A stretch of DNA of 64,000 nucleotides from assembly GCA_951406725.2 (NCBI GenBank), contig OX597815.1:177754001-177818000 (forward strand), in the 5' to 3' direction. Position numbers and translations under genes: made by a program. Position 1 is the stretch's first letter, and each line of letters begins with the position of its first letter. A model generated the notes under the pieces. That model saw only the letters and a list, made by a program, of their open reading frames with translations. It had not been told where the DNA came from and did no database searches. Source of the stretch: Octopus vulgaris. Its lineage: Eukaryota. Shown piece after piece: positions 1 through 12,934 of the stretch.

Positions 1-164
1 GGATTTGAACTTAGAATAATAGTAACTAGAACAAACACCTCGAAAGCATTGTGTCAGACGCTCGAATTTCTCTAACATGATAATGAATGAATCTCTATGA
101 GATTTCAACAAATTACTTCTGTAAACACCTAAAAGATGTAATTCTTAATATACATATAAAGGTT

Positions 165-700
165 AAGGCAGCGAGCTGGCAGAAACGTTAGAACGCCGGG
201 CGAAATGCTTAGCAGTATTTCGTCTGCCGTTACGTTCAGATTTCAAATTCGGCCGAGGTCGATTTTGCCTTTCATCATTTCGGGGACGATAAATTACGTA
301 CCGGTTACGCACTGGTGTTGATATAATCGTCTTATCCGTTTTTCTGTCCTTGTTTATTCCCTCTGTATTTAGCCCCTTGTAGGTAGTAAAGAAATAGGTA
401 TTTCATCTGTCTATACGTTCTGAGTTTCTGCCGAGGTCGACTTTGCCTTACATCCTTTCAGGGTCGATGAATTAAGTACCAGTTGCGTACCTGGGTCGAT
501 CTAATCGACTGGCCCCCTTCCCCAAAATTCCGGACTCTGCGCCTAGAAAAGAAAATAATGTTTAGAACGGCCGACTTTAAGTTCTGAGTTCAAATTCAGC
601 CGAGGTCGACTATTCCATTCATCTTTTCGGGATCAACAAAATAAGAACCAGTTAAGCCCTAGGGTCGATATATTCGACTTACCCCTCCCCACAAGCTTCC
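165..700 (+). mobile_element. tRNA-derived SINE, family A, composite with repeated central domain
   Basis: Head aaggcagcgagctggcagaaacgttag, B-box-like gttcaaattc, and a gtcgactttgcctttcatcctttc..gtcgat..aagtaccag core repeated three times. Near-identical copies occur elsewhere in the window. Confidence 0.85.
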
Positions 701-2479
701 TGCTGAATAATATTTTAATATATATTAAGGTTTCTATATGAGCATGAACGAAACATAATGATCTAGATAATTGAAAGTGTCAATATACCATTTTCTTGTT
801 GATATCGCTCCAAGAGAATAAGATGAGTCTCAACCATAACATTGAAAGTTCTCATCAATCTTGCCAGGGCAAAAATTAATACCATTACTATATCGTCAAC
901 ATACGTCACTGATAAATCATCTCTCTTTAATACGTGTACTTTTTTTTAATATTCCAATCAATATGTTCTGTTTTGAAATCATTGAAATTGCAGTGATGTA
1001 AATTAATATATTCTAATAATTTATCACGTAGATATATCGTTGTTGATATAAAAAATCGCTTAAGTTTTGTTTATAATAACGTTTGTTTTATTTAAAATAC
1101 ACTTTTTCCCCCTTTAGGAATACGTTTTCGGCAATTTTTTTCCTTCTGCTTTTTTTAAATGCTACCTTTTTTTGTTTGTGTCATTTGGCTAAAGCTAATA
1201 TTACTGAATCTGAATACGCCAGGGAAATTAAACTGCCAGCTGAATATTTAAAATAAAAATGAAAATAAAAAATGCTTTATTTCTGCTTTAATGACAATAT
1301 TGACATATTTATTGATGAGCTGAGTGAAGATTTTACATTATTCTACAGCAATATAAAATTCGTCAAGCAATATATTTTAAATTAGATGTTTGTCACTGAC
1401 TAAATTATATAAGCTGAGCGCAGTATCAGAAGTTTTAAGTTTCACTATATCATTTTAGAAAGCATGTCGGAGATAATGCTGGGTTAAATGACTACAGTCG
1501 TTTTATATATGTTTGTTATTTTACACCAATTTCATTATTTTTCAGGTATTTTATTTTTTTCGGTTTCTTTTAGAAAAGAGAAATATGATCAAGAGAAAAA
1601 GACGGTGAGGCTGTGCGAGCGATGCAGAGACCATAAGAAAAAAAGTAAATGAGTGAAATGAATAAAACATCTAATTGAGAAAGATGAAATAGTCATTAAG
1701 AGAGGAAGAAGAAAAGAGTTGGCAGCGAAGTCAACGGTGCTAGCGTGATACTGACGGTTACGATAGCTACAGAAAGATCATACACAATTATACTACTATA
1801 CAACGTATGTAATTTTAGACTGACAAAACTGCAAATTAGCCAACCTGATATCGTGTCTTCAAATCTGAACTACAAATGACCCTTGAACTTTAGAAAATAA
1901 TCCGCCCTAATAAGATGGACGTATGCTTTTATATATCATATATCAAAATGAATTCAGAAAAGATTAATAACATATTTGATGAATGATAATTCATTAAGGG
2001 AGATTAAATAGAAATAGTTGTGTTTCCGATATGATATACGATGCCTGCGAATAAAATGAAAAAGAAGGAAGCTCACATGCAGGGACCGAAATGGACGTAG
2101 TGCAAAACCAAACAAAATGTATCCATTAGTGTAACATGCAATTTCACTTCAAGTGAATATTAACCTTTAGGAAATTACACATTATTTCATCAGCAGACAC
2201 CATAGAAATAGTAAGTCAGTATGCAGAAAGTTAAAGTTCTTTTTTTTCCTGGCACTGTACTATTCAAAATTATACGTTATACTTTTTCATGCAACACTGT
2301 GAAATCAAACAAGAATCGATTTTAAAAAACAAGTTTAAATAACAGAATTAGCTTATGGACAAAGTTACTTTACGGCAGTAAAACTTCAGTGAAAATGCAC
2401 CAACATTCCTCACACATTTATCTATTTTCGAAAATGTAAATCTAACAAGTTAACATTAACTTTAGTGGATTTTATATCC

Positions 2480-3200
2480 GTGAAGTCGCGTGGATTAGCG
2501 ATTAGGGTATTTGGCTCACAGGCGTAAGATCTTGGGTTCGATTGCTGGCAGCGCGTTGTGTCCTTGAGCGAGACAATTTATTTCATGTGGCACCAATCCA
2601 CTCAGCTGGCAGGAAATGAGTCAAAAGCTGTAATCAACCGGATTCACCTAGTCACATTCTCTGTGACAATGAATCTTCCTACAACTACGTATAAGATACG
2701 TGTCTTTGAAGGGCACGTGAATTTCAGTAGGAGCAAGGCGGCGAGCTGGCAGAAACGTTAGCACGCCGGACGAAATGCTCAGCAGTATTTCGTCTGTATT
2801 AACATTCTGAGTTCAAATTCCACCGAGGTCGACTTTGCCTTTCATTATTTCGGGGTCGATTAAATAAGCACCAGTTACGCACTGGGGTCGATATAATCGA
2901 CTTAATCTGTTTGTCTGTCCTTGTTTGTCCCCTCTGTGTTTAGCCCATTGTGGGTGGTAATGAAATAGGCATTCCGTCTGCCGTTACGTTCTGAGTTCAA
3001 ATTCCGCTGAGGTCAACTTTGTATTTCGTCCTTTCGTGGTCGATAAATTAAGTACCCGTTGCGTGCTGAGATCGATATAATCGACTGGTTCCCTTCCCCA
3101 AAATTTTGGGCCTTGCGCCTAGAGTAGAAACAAATTTCAGGAAGTGCACGTTGTTCCGTTGATCCAGTCAATTGGAGCACTCGTCATCGCAAGCAACCAA
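2480..3200 (+). mobile_element. tRNA-derived SINE, family B, interrupted by a family A SINE
   Basis: tRNA-like head with gggttcgatt, then tgtgtccttgagc..cactcagctggc. The family B tail (gttccgttgatcc..ctcgtcatcg) resumes at about 3140. Confidence 0.75.
2735..3131 (+). mobile_element. SINE family A nested in SINE family B
   Basis: Full family A head and duplicated core; aatttcag occurs on both sides (about 2720 and 3133). Confidence 0.85.
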
Positions 3201-3989
3201 TTGCCATTTTGGAGAAACATTAAATAGAAATGTGTTAAAGCATTATACGGGAACAAATTTTCCCACAGGAATAAATGTATCCTAATTTGCTATTTTATTC
3301 CATTAAATGCGGAAGCTCAAATCGCAGCAATGTTGAAGTCTGAAAAAAATAAAACGTTCTAGGTAGGAAATTATCTGTATATAGCGGATATGCACCCTTC
3401 TGATCTAATAACCGTTTCAATTAAAATATCGTTTAACAAAAACCTCATGACAGGAGACAGTATGTTAAACGCAATTTAGCTTTGAATTTATCATGAATAA
3501 ACGATTTTGAATGAAATGTGAATTTCAGAATGGGTGATATCGAGAACTACTCAAAATGCCTATATGCGATCAGTGGGGAAAAAAGTCAATTTTTATATGA
3601 ATACATGTATGCCTATCCTGCTCAGTGTGTCTTACTCGTTACGACTGCAAAAGTTCCTTCTTATCGATAACAGAATGTTATAGAAATGATATCAAGTCAT
3701 AGCAAAATTATGTGTAACGTAGATCGATAGAATATTTTGTAATTAACGCATCATGTTAATTACAGTAAGCAACACATTTCATGTTTGCTAATTTTGTTTC
3801 GTTACAGATACGTAAATACAGATTCCTACCAAATTGCCAATTTGCTAATTTCAAATCTTATACCTAATTTCCCTATCACGTCCAGATTTTGTGTAACCGA
3901 AAACCCCTATTTTTCATCTTTTTTTTTTCACCCACTTAGGAAAGTCGTCTGATATACTTTTCTGTGCCACGTTTTATGTTAAACATACT

Positions 3990-4721
3990 TAACTGTTTAG
4001 TGAACAGCGATGAAGATTTTTCATTGCCGTTGAGCTGAGGCTATCTTTACAAGAGTCAATGAACAGTCTCCATTCTTTTGGATCATAGCGAAATCCAATC
4101 TTTTTCATCGCTGATATCGTGGCAGAAACAAAATATTTCCTCCTGCAAGTGAAATGATGAAAACTACAAATAGCGATGGCAGAAATGAGAAAATTTGGCG
4201 TTTGGCTCCTATTCTTCAAGTCTGGAACCAAGTAGCTCTGCCCTATATCTTGGTAATTCCAAATCGCACTCTGTCATTTAACTCTGCCTGACTTAATTAA
4301 AGTGAGTAACTGGTGGCATCTGGAACATTTACTCCATCTTCCGATGGACAGATGCCTGTGGAATTGGTGGTGGATTTGTTTTAATGCTGATTCGCAGTTT
4401 GGGTACATGAGTTTTAGTTTGTTTTTCTTTATGAAACTAAAATAATCAGTGAACGGATTTTTCGTCTCACACAAAACCACGAGGACACCAGCATAGATTT
4501 TCTTTTACCATTCCTCCAAGCTATGAATATTGCTTTGCAAAGTTCACTGCAAAAATACGTACCCATTCTCTTTCTTGCTCTCCTAACTTACAGTCAAAAT
4601 AATACTTGTAGGCAATGTTAATGTTTGTTGCTAAGTTGCTACGTTTTGGCTTTGGTGTATATTGTCCACAGAATTAGCAGACGTTTGGATGGTTTACGCA
4701 AGCACGTCTATTTATTTGCAT
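3990..4721 (-). mobile_element. Decayed DDE-type DNA transposase, N-terminal part (Tc/mariner-associated, m44-like)
   Basis: Minus strand reads MQINRRACVNHPNVC*FCGQY..AYKYYFDCKLGEQEREW and later YDPKEWRLFIDSCKDSL, matching the CxxxPxxFCYICG...WRLFIDSSK signature. Stops and frameshifts present. Confidence 0.7.
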
Positions 4722-5399
4722 TGTAATTACCAGACAATATCTGAAAAAAAAAGAAAACGTAGAGATTAATAATTATGATGTATGAAATTAATAAAAAAGA
4801 AATACACATATTTTAATAATTACAAACAGATGCTAATAAAAACACAAGTTACCGCAATAGGTTATTTGCTTATTAGCAGTGAATTTCAGAAGCCACTCTA
4901 CTTGACTGTCATGTAGGGACTGACCGTTGGGCCGTTACTATGTTCTTTACCCAGTGTTGCCAACTCGGGACTAATTTTATAGATCAGAATTATCAGAATT
5001 TGTATATAGTTGAAATTCACTGGAAAGGATTAAGCCGATTATAACCAAAATTTGAACCTGGAATGAAATTTTACTAAATTATTTCTATTTTACACAAAAT
5101 TTAGACGGGATTGTAAAAGTCTAATTATAAATTTGCGATCAGCATAATGGAATTAGCCAGGAACACGTATTTAGTCTTCTGTAGTAAACTCTTTGATGCC
5201 TGGACTTATAAAGAGACGAAATCTGTTTAATTTCTCATCAATGCATGTACAGTCACTTTTAGAATATTGGTAAATAAGAACTTTATATAAACTGATTCAA
5301 TGCATAAAGTTAATTTCGTCGCTTTAAACACTTCGCATACTTTATTAAAATATGTAGAAAACTGAGAATATAAGGTTTCACTGCTGACCGCAAAATTAA

Positions 5400-7158
5400 T
5401 GTTATTGGAATATTGATCTGCACAATGTTGAGTATATACGAAGCGATTCAGGTTTTAGCTATTGCTAATATTTATACATTAAAAATACTTAGATAGTGGG
5501 TGGGAAGAATCGACTGCATACTTTCCAAACCATTTTATTCCTTCCCTTCAATTACATCTCGATCTCTAATGCCACCAGTGTGGGAACATGTTAACTTTAT
5601 TGAATTTTAAAAATAAAAAAACATGAAAATGAGGATAAGATTTTCATCGTCAATTGGAAGTACCTCTTAGTGGCATGGCATTCTTGTATTTTACCTCTTC
5701 ATTTTCGTTATGAATTCGGCAATATCTATAGTCTTGGAACTAGAAGAAAGATAATCTGTTATTAGTAAGCTAAAAGTTAGATACCGTAAGTTACTTTTGT
5801 ACGAATATAGTGCAGATATGGCATCGAACAGTCGAATATTTCGAAATATAGCCGTGATGAGAACTGTACTCTGTCAGTTGTTTCCACTAATGAAAAGGTC
5901 CACGATGTTGGCCATTTGCATGTATATCAATTCCACCATCTGCAATTTCTAAGATTTATGAAATCAAAGTTATATGTAACAGCAATAGTATGTACCGTGT
6001 TAAACATTTACTGGATCACAATATTGAAAATATAATTTATAATTAAAATCCCAATGCAAACATTGCACTATTTTCATTGTGAAGCGGCACGCAAAAATAG
6101 CTAATTTACATTGTTTTCTTTGTACAGCCATTAAAAATATTGTCAACAATAAACAGAACTCTTTAGCAAAGAAACGAAACAAATCATATTGGAAATCATT
6201 GTTTACTTTTGTTTGTAATTGCAGCGATTGGCCTGCTGTTCACAGTTCACGTTGTCTTTTGTGTGATGTTTAGAAAACTATATCAATTGATTTAGAACCG
6301 TCTCAATTGGCAACAGAAATACAATATTATGGCAAAAGAAGATGGAAGAATAAATGGAGATTGGAAAAATTATGAGCATTTCTTACATCTTGTATCATTT
6401 CGCTGTTTTGGAGTTTATACATCGAGGACTGTGAAGCCGAATGTGTATACATCCGTTTGGGGTTAAAATATGTAGTATTAGGCCGGATCCCAATTCGCAG
6501 GAATTTGGGCAAGTCTCTTGGGTTATTCTTGCAACTTGACTAAAGATGTTGAATTCAATTTGGTGTAGCGTCTGTTGGGTGGTAAATTCAATCTGTCAAA
6601 CAGCTTGTCTTCGTCATTTGAAACCTGGTTATCTTCAGTAGCGGAAAATGTATTCTTCCATTGAAGAACTCCTTTCTCTCTAGTAGCTACACTTAAAATG
6701 GTATATTCACTATGGAGGTAAATTAATGAAATTTATTTAAACAAATAAATAAACAAATGAAGTTCAATGAAATTGGTAATCACTGAAGTTGCATTCCTAG
6801 TTGATTCGAAGAGTCGATAATAAATGCCAGAGGTAACTTAAGGGCAATAACGCCGAGGAATTCAAAAACGATCCAGTGGACAGCATTTACTTGACTGTTG
6901 TATTTACTAGAAGCAATGTAGAATTCACACGTGTTTTTACCACGCCCTATCAGCAGAGAAAAGTTGATAAAGCAGTCTTAGATACATTGTACTTTACCAA
7001 TATGAGACATTGCAGCCAAAAAGCATTTGACCACGTAACATCCCGATGAGCGCTTCTCTCCTTTACCACCCACAACACAATTAACATTGTACTAATATAT
7101 CTCAGTCAGCTGAGTTGGCCACAACAATATATTTCCACTAAAAGGACCAAAGAACTAG
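5400..7158 (-). pseudogene. Decayed exon with two tandem protein-kinase-like domains
   Basis: Acceptor ttttatcag before 7158. Motifs appear in kinase order: YVVKC (~7030), HWIVFEFLG (~6865), LIYLHS (~6715), QTDVYTFGFTVLDV (~6445), FCCQL..IN*YSFLNI. A second set follows: KIVQCL..LYFQYC, LEIADG/LIYMQMANIVDL (~5920), LKPES. Many stops and frameshifts. Confidence 0.55.
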
Positions 7159-7485
7159 CTGATAAAACAAGTATATACATAGCTGAGAAAAAGAATATGC
7201 ACCAAAATGAATTTTAAAAATATGGAAGACAAGGGTGGTATTTTCTGGTATTTAAGTTATTATATGAGATATTAAGATAGAAAATCGTGCATTATCTGCA
7301 ACTAAATATAGAGGTAATCATTGTTGAATCATTCTTTGATCGAGGAAATGTTTTTGTGCTGAAATTTTATAATTGGGCAATTGCTTCCGTATAAGATGTA
7401 TGTGTGTTTGTATATTCGGTGATCGTTCATCAGTTGATATATACATAACGATAAACATAAGAAGACACTTGCATATATATATATA

Positions 7486-7763
7486 AGTTCAGCAAAAATT
7501 TAGATCCAAATGAATATCGTACTTAATTTAGATGCACCAGAATTTTGTATAGTGTTATCCATAAAAATTTGTGGGGTGATTATAATCAAAATAAGCAACA
7601 AGAAGGACTCCGGTAATTTGGAAAACCTCTATAATGGAAAACCTCTATAATTGGCTGATGAGTACTCAGCATCTTAAATCTGTTGTAATACAACATTTAA
7701 TAAAATGATGTAGTACGAAACGATTGTACCAAATTACCGGAGTCATTCTTGTTGCTTATTTTG

Positions 7764-7769
<6 letters not shown>
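7486..7769. mobile_element. Penelope-like pLTR-derived foldback element between (TA)n tracts
   Basis: 41-bp inverted repeat at 7581-7621 and 7729-7769, an internal direct repeat ggaaaacctctataat, and a hammerhead motif. TA repeats flank both sides. Confidence 0.7.
7649..7735 (+). ncRNA. Type I hammerhead ribozyme with minimal stem III
   Basis: AAUUGG-CUGAUGA(7655-7661)-GUAC..GUAC-GAAAC-GAUU-GUA^CCAAAUU. Predicted cleavage after 7728. Confidence 0.75.
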
Positions 7770-7808
<39 letters not shown>

Positions 7809-7835
7809 ATATATATATGTATATGTATATACAGA

Positions 7836-8154
7836 GAATGGAGTAGATAAGATCCGAGCTACATATGTTTCATAGCGAGACGGAGCATTGGAAATGGTAA
7901 ATATCCAAGCGAGGTGTATACCGCAGGCTACTCTTCAGGCCAAGGATGTCTTGATTAAATGAAATTTTAGATTGTCTGATATAATCTTCCATGTGTTAAA
8001 GCGTACTTCCTTGCAACAATGTAAACTTTCATTTAATCAAGATATCCTCGGCGGGGAGAGCAGCCTGCAGTACACACCTGGCTTGGATATTTACCACTTC
8101 TAAGGTTCCACTCGCCATGAAACATAAGTAGCCCGGATCTTATCTACTCCATTC
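7836..8154. mobile_element. Foldback element (arms about 140 bp) carrying a hammerhead motif
   Basis: gaatggagtagataagatccgagctac... mirrored by ...gtagcccggatcttatctactccattc; abuts (TA)n on the left. Confidence 0.75.
7854..7945 (-). ncRNA. Type I hammerhead ribozyme with long stem II
   Basis: CCUUGGC-CUGAAGA-GUAGC..GCUAU-GAAAC-AUAU-GUA^GCUCGG, with palindromic CAUAUG at stem III. Confidence 0.7.
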
Positions 8155-8159
8155 CTTAA

Positions 8160-8372
8160 CTCTTGTATTCTTATCCACATACACAACAATCCTGGTCGCC
8201 AAACGTAAAATATCAAGAGAACTTTCAGTATATCGTACTTCGATACGAAACAAATCCACAACCTTCCGTCTCCATAAACAACTATTGTCACCTAAATTTG
8301 CTGTTTGTATATTTACTACGGATTGCTTGAAGCTAACCGCAGAAAATACAGAACCCCTACGATGTAGCACAT
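8160..8372 (-). pseudogene. Candidate relic exon of the minus-strand fossil gene
   Basis: Open frame DVLHRRGSVFSAVSFKQSVV..RIVVYVDKNTR after a ctgcag acceptor, in non-repetitive sequence. Confidence 0.3.
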
Positions 8373-8389
8373 CTGCAGCAGTAGTTGGT

Positions 8390-9290
8390 CTCAATTTACA
8401 GATGGGCTGAGGATAATAGTATGCAGTTTAATGCTGAAAACTTCCAAGCCCTGTGCTACCAGCATCCAAAACCGAATATGAAACTTACAGGGTACACTGG
8501 TCCAGATGGGATTACAATCCCAGAGCCTAAATCAGTGTGGGACCTGGGTTTCGACATGAGTGATGATACCTCTTTCCAAGTTCACATTACCAGGATGGCG
8601 ACAAATTGCAGACGACTGACTGGCTGGATCCTAAGAACATTCAGAACCAGAGATAAGGAAACCATGATGGTTCTCTGGAGGGCATTCGTCCTCGGCTGCC
8701 TGGATTACTGCTCCCAGCTAAGATCACCCAAAAGTGTAAAATTAACAGCGAACCTTGAAGCAATCCAGCAAAGCTTCACACAGATCATCTCATTGCAACA
8801 GCTCGGCTCCTGGGAAAAGCTGAAACAGCTAAGACTCTACTTCCTGGAGCGAAGGCGGGAGAAGTATGCAATAATATATATCTCGAAGTTCCTGGAAGGA
8901 CTTGTGCCACATTTTGGCATTGAAAGCTACACCAATGCCACAACGGGTCGACACTGTACACTACCAAAGATCCCAGCAATGACATCGCGCTTCAGGACCA
9001 GTTACTGCAACAGCCTGGGTTTCAGGGGGCTACAGATTTTTAATAGTCTCCAAAAAGCCTGAGGAACCTGCACAAAGTAGATCTAGGCGTTTTTTAATCA
9101 AGACTGGACCTCTTCCTGTCGAGAGTACCAGATCGATCTATCTCAAGGCAAGAGGTGCAAATGAAGGTAGCGACATCAACATCCCTTATTCACCAAATGC
9201 CACATATTAGAGGAGGCTCTCAGTAAAAGCTGTGTAGCAAAACGGCGGTGCCCCAGCATGGCCACGGATCTGAGCTGAAACTACAAAAAA
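8390..9290 (+). mobile_element. 5'-truncated CR1/L2-group LINE (RT C-terminal region and 3' tail)
   Basis: ORF 8385-9062: YRWAEDNSMQFN, DLGFDMSDD, GWILRTFRTRD, LDYCSQL, LERRREKY. Tail ggcggtgccccagcatggccac. Confidence 0.85.
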
Positions 9291-9380
9291 TCTATGTATG
9301 TATGTGTGTATATACATGCACATACAAATATACACGTATGTACATATATTTAAATATACATGTATATATTTACATACATA

Positions 9381-9432
<52 letters not shown>

Positions 9433-10007
9433 TACATATGTGTGTATGTATTAATATATATTTATATATACACGTTGATATGCACAACTCTTAATCAATA
9501 AATGATAAGAACGCTGAATAAATTATACTTCCTATCTTGTTGTAAGAAAGGGGGTCTTACATAGAGTGTTTAATAGTGGCTAATAACCTTTTATTTCAAA
9601 CGACTTCAGGTGCTTTTTATTCCAAAGAAATATACGCTTCCAATATAATACCGATTCCTTTTCCTTTTTATTCATATTTTTAATTTTCTTGGGAATCATA
9701 AATGGCAAGAATAAATTTATTCAACAAATCATAAATTATCGATTTCATGCTCAAGGATATTTCAGTAATTGCTAGGAATAGGCGATAAAAGAAAATTAGC
9801 ATAACTGATATGTAATCAAAAATCTGATGAATTCTGAGCCAATCAGAAAAGGATATTCGAAATGTGCTCTAAATATTTTTGTTTTCATTACGAATCAAAA
9901 TTCGTTTCATAAAGAATATAGTTGGTTCTCCATTTACTAAATTGAATATATGGCATCATTGTAGCTATGTATTTAATGTATATATATATATATATAAGTA
10001 TTTATGC

Positions 10008-10038
<31 letters not shown>

Positions 10039-10279
10039 AGTGTGTGTGTGTGTGTATATGTGTTTGTGTATAGGGCGCTTGAAACCCCTACCAGTGCCAT
10101 GTGATATTTGACCTGCTGCATATTCGCAGGTTGGCGGCCTTGAACCTTGCTGAGTGAGTTAAGTGATTTCGACACCCACAAGATAAAAATCAGGACCTGT
10201 GAAATGACATCTGAAGTCAAAGGATTCAAATGGCATCCAATGACGTTAACTAATGCACAATTAAAACGTCTTTACTTTA

Positions 10280-10948
10280 GGTACCACGTTCTCATTTATT
10301 TAATGAACTACGGTTGAAGACAATAGGCAAATGGAAGCAAGGTTTATTGGTGGTAATTAATCTTGGCGCTTATCTAGAAGCTATAATGCTGGGCAAATAT
10401 TTAGAATGTAGTTTTATTGTCTGGACACAAACTAATTTAGGTCTTCCTGCAGTATTCGGAAATGTTTTCTCTCATGCTGGAGGTCCTCATTCCTATTCAG
10501 GCTTAAATATTTTTCTACTTTACTTCGACGCTGTGCATATTGTGTGAGAAACAGGAAGTTAGTCTGATGCACGTGCAGCTCATTCTCATTAAAAATACAC
10601 TAATGACTGAAGAATATGGTTGCGCGGCACTTAATTTACAGACCTTCAACGAATACTCAAATAGAATTGATGTAGTGGCTGGGCCGTACCCCACGTTAGT
10701 GTCATAAAAATATCGAACTGTCTGTAGATTCAGGCATGCAGAATATGAAGTTTAGACAAAGCGGAAGTAATTTCAGTTTTCTGAGTCCCTCCACTTCAAT
10801 ATGTCTCTTGTTTATCTGCTGCTAGTTAGTCAATAGATTCATTGATTATCGTAGATTTACACATCTTGGAGACATCAAAAGTGGTATTTCCAAAGTGACA
10901 GTGGGAGAATCTCGCGTCTTTGTAATTGAAATCCCATCATTTCCGCAG
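10280..10948 (-). pseudogene. Candidate relic exon
   Basis: Acceptor ttttgtttgtcgttag, then CGNDGISITKTRDSPTVTLEIPLLMSPRCVNLR*..KRHIEVEGLRKLKLLPLCLNF with sparse stops. Confidence 0.3.
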
Positions 10949-11189
10949 CTAACGACAAACAAAAGGCTGGAGCAGTGATGCTACACAATTCCTCGGTTTC
11001 GACTAGGCTCCAAGTAATAATAAATCCTGCTGTCGATTTATTCGACTAAAATTTCTTCAAGACGGTGCACCGGCGCGGCTGCAGCCAAATGACTAAGACA
11101 AGTAAAATGTGTGTATGCGTGCATGCTTGTGTGCGTATATGATATGGCTACATTTTGTAGCTACGTTGTCAGATGTCTTACACAACGAC

Positions 11190-11797
11190 AATTAAATGAG
11201 CATCAGCATCAGATTTAGAACTAATGACAGACACTTCAGCCTGCGAAGGCTGCAGGCCAAGACCAAAGTGGAAGAGGTCTCAGTGTACGATTTCCTGTTC
11301 GCAGACGTCTGCACGCTCACAACACCCAGAGACAACTGAGCATGAACTACTTTTCCAATGCCAGCAATAACATTGTCCTTAGAAGACAATGGCCATGCAC
11401 CAACCTGCCCAGCAGAAGCCGTATGTGGAACCAACTATACTTTTCGAAGAGGTAACTCTCAAGATTGTTTATGATTTCCTATACTTCGCCACCAAACTCT
11501 CCAGATCTCTGAACATTGACTATATAGTTGACACACTCATCGCCAAGGGAAGTTCAGGTTTGCAGGGTTGTGTAATGAGTGTGGATGAGTAGAAACATTA
11601 GACAGACCACCGGATTGAAGGTGCACTGAACGGTTCTATATCCTACGCTTCTATACTCTTTGAGACTTGGGCGGTTTACGAGCGTCACGCCAAAAAGCTG
11701 AACTGCTTCCACAGGAACTGCCTGAAAAACTGCTGAAAATCATACGGCAAAATAGGATTCCAGACACAGAGATCTTCTCTCACGCTGGTCGGCCAAG
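11190..11797 (+). mobile_element. RTE-clade LINE RT fragment
   Basis: IRFRTNDRHFSLRRLQAKTKVEEVSVYDFLFADVC and later RHAKKLNCFHRNCL-type text; frameshifted. Confidence 0.8.
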
Positions 11798-11879
<82 letters not shown>

Positions 11880-12521
11880 TGTGTGTTTGTGTGCGTATGT
11901 GTGTGTTTGTGTGTGTGTGTTTGTATATGTATGGTCGTGTGTAAATACTTGTGCGCGTATCTCAGTCGGGCCGAAGCTGACGTCAGCGACAAACCTATCA
12001 TGTTTGTTTATCACGGTGTCTGTCATACGTTTGTCACCACATGACTGAAGCAACGCTGCAAAAGTGCGGGAACTCAGGAGAGTCGACAGGCAACAAAGTG
12101 GTAGCGGTAAGAGGCCCTTAGTCCTTGTCGAGGCATTTATCGAGGAGAAGGAAGACTTTTATGTAAAACCTGTGGCTTTGTTTACAAGGGTTGGGGTAGA
12201 ATACTTCTTGTTTGCAAATGCATACGTTATACAGTGAGTGGGATCGTCTCCTGTTCAAGGAATTTCCCAACTTTAAAATGCTTTAAGCACAAGAATTAAT
12301 TGGGTTGATTTTTACTATTTATGTCATGTCTTGCATATTTTGTATGGACGTAGCCAAAAAAGAGAATATACGCAGGAGGATTTCTATGATAAGAATGAAG
12401 ACATTTGTCATTGTGAACGGTAATCTCTCTGAACTCTTGTTTCATAAGACGCTCATCATTTCATCATTGCTACATCTGTGCAAAAATTATAAGCAGGGAG
12501 ACAGTACAGACAAAAAGCAGG

Positions 12522-12524
<3 letters not shown>

Positions 12525-12596
<72 letters not shown>

Positions 12597-12597
12597 G

Positions 12598-12668
<71 letters not shown>

Positions 12669-12724
12669 GGATAGATGGATAGATAGATAGATAGACAGAT
12701 AGATAGATAGATAGATAGACAGAC

Positions 12725-12821
<97 letters not shown>

Positions 12822-12830
12822 AAGAGAGAG
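12525..12830 (+). repeat. (GATA)n followed by (GA)n microsatellite
   Basis: Directly visible. Confidence 0.95.
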
Positions 12831-12934
12831 TAAAAGTGGGAAAGAGGGATAGTCGATTTTACATGAATGGTGAATTTGTTTTCATCTTCGAAATGGCAGA
12901 AATTTAGTGAAGTGTATAAGCAAACATTTGTTAC

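Noticed and set aside
7035-7055. HRDVTWSN as a kinase catalytic loop
   Set aside because: It is in a different frame and upstream of the hinge motif; probably coincidental.
9207-9501. YIYI/CVCV/poly-I/poly-N ORFs here and throughout the window
   Set aside because: They are translations of microsatellites.
9821-9870. CUGAUGA..GAAA
   Set aside because: No stem III pair or stem I complement.
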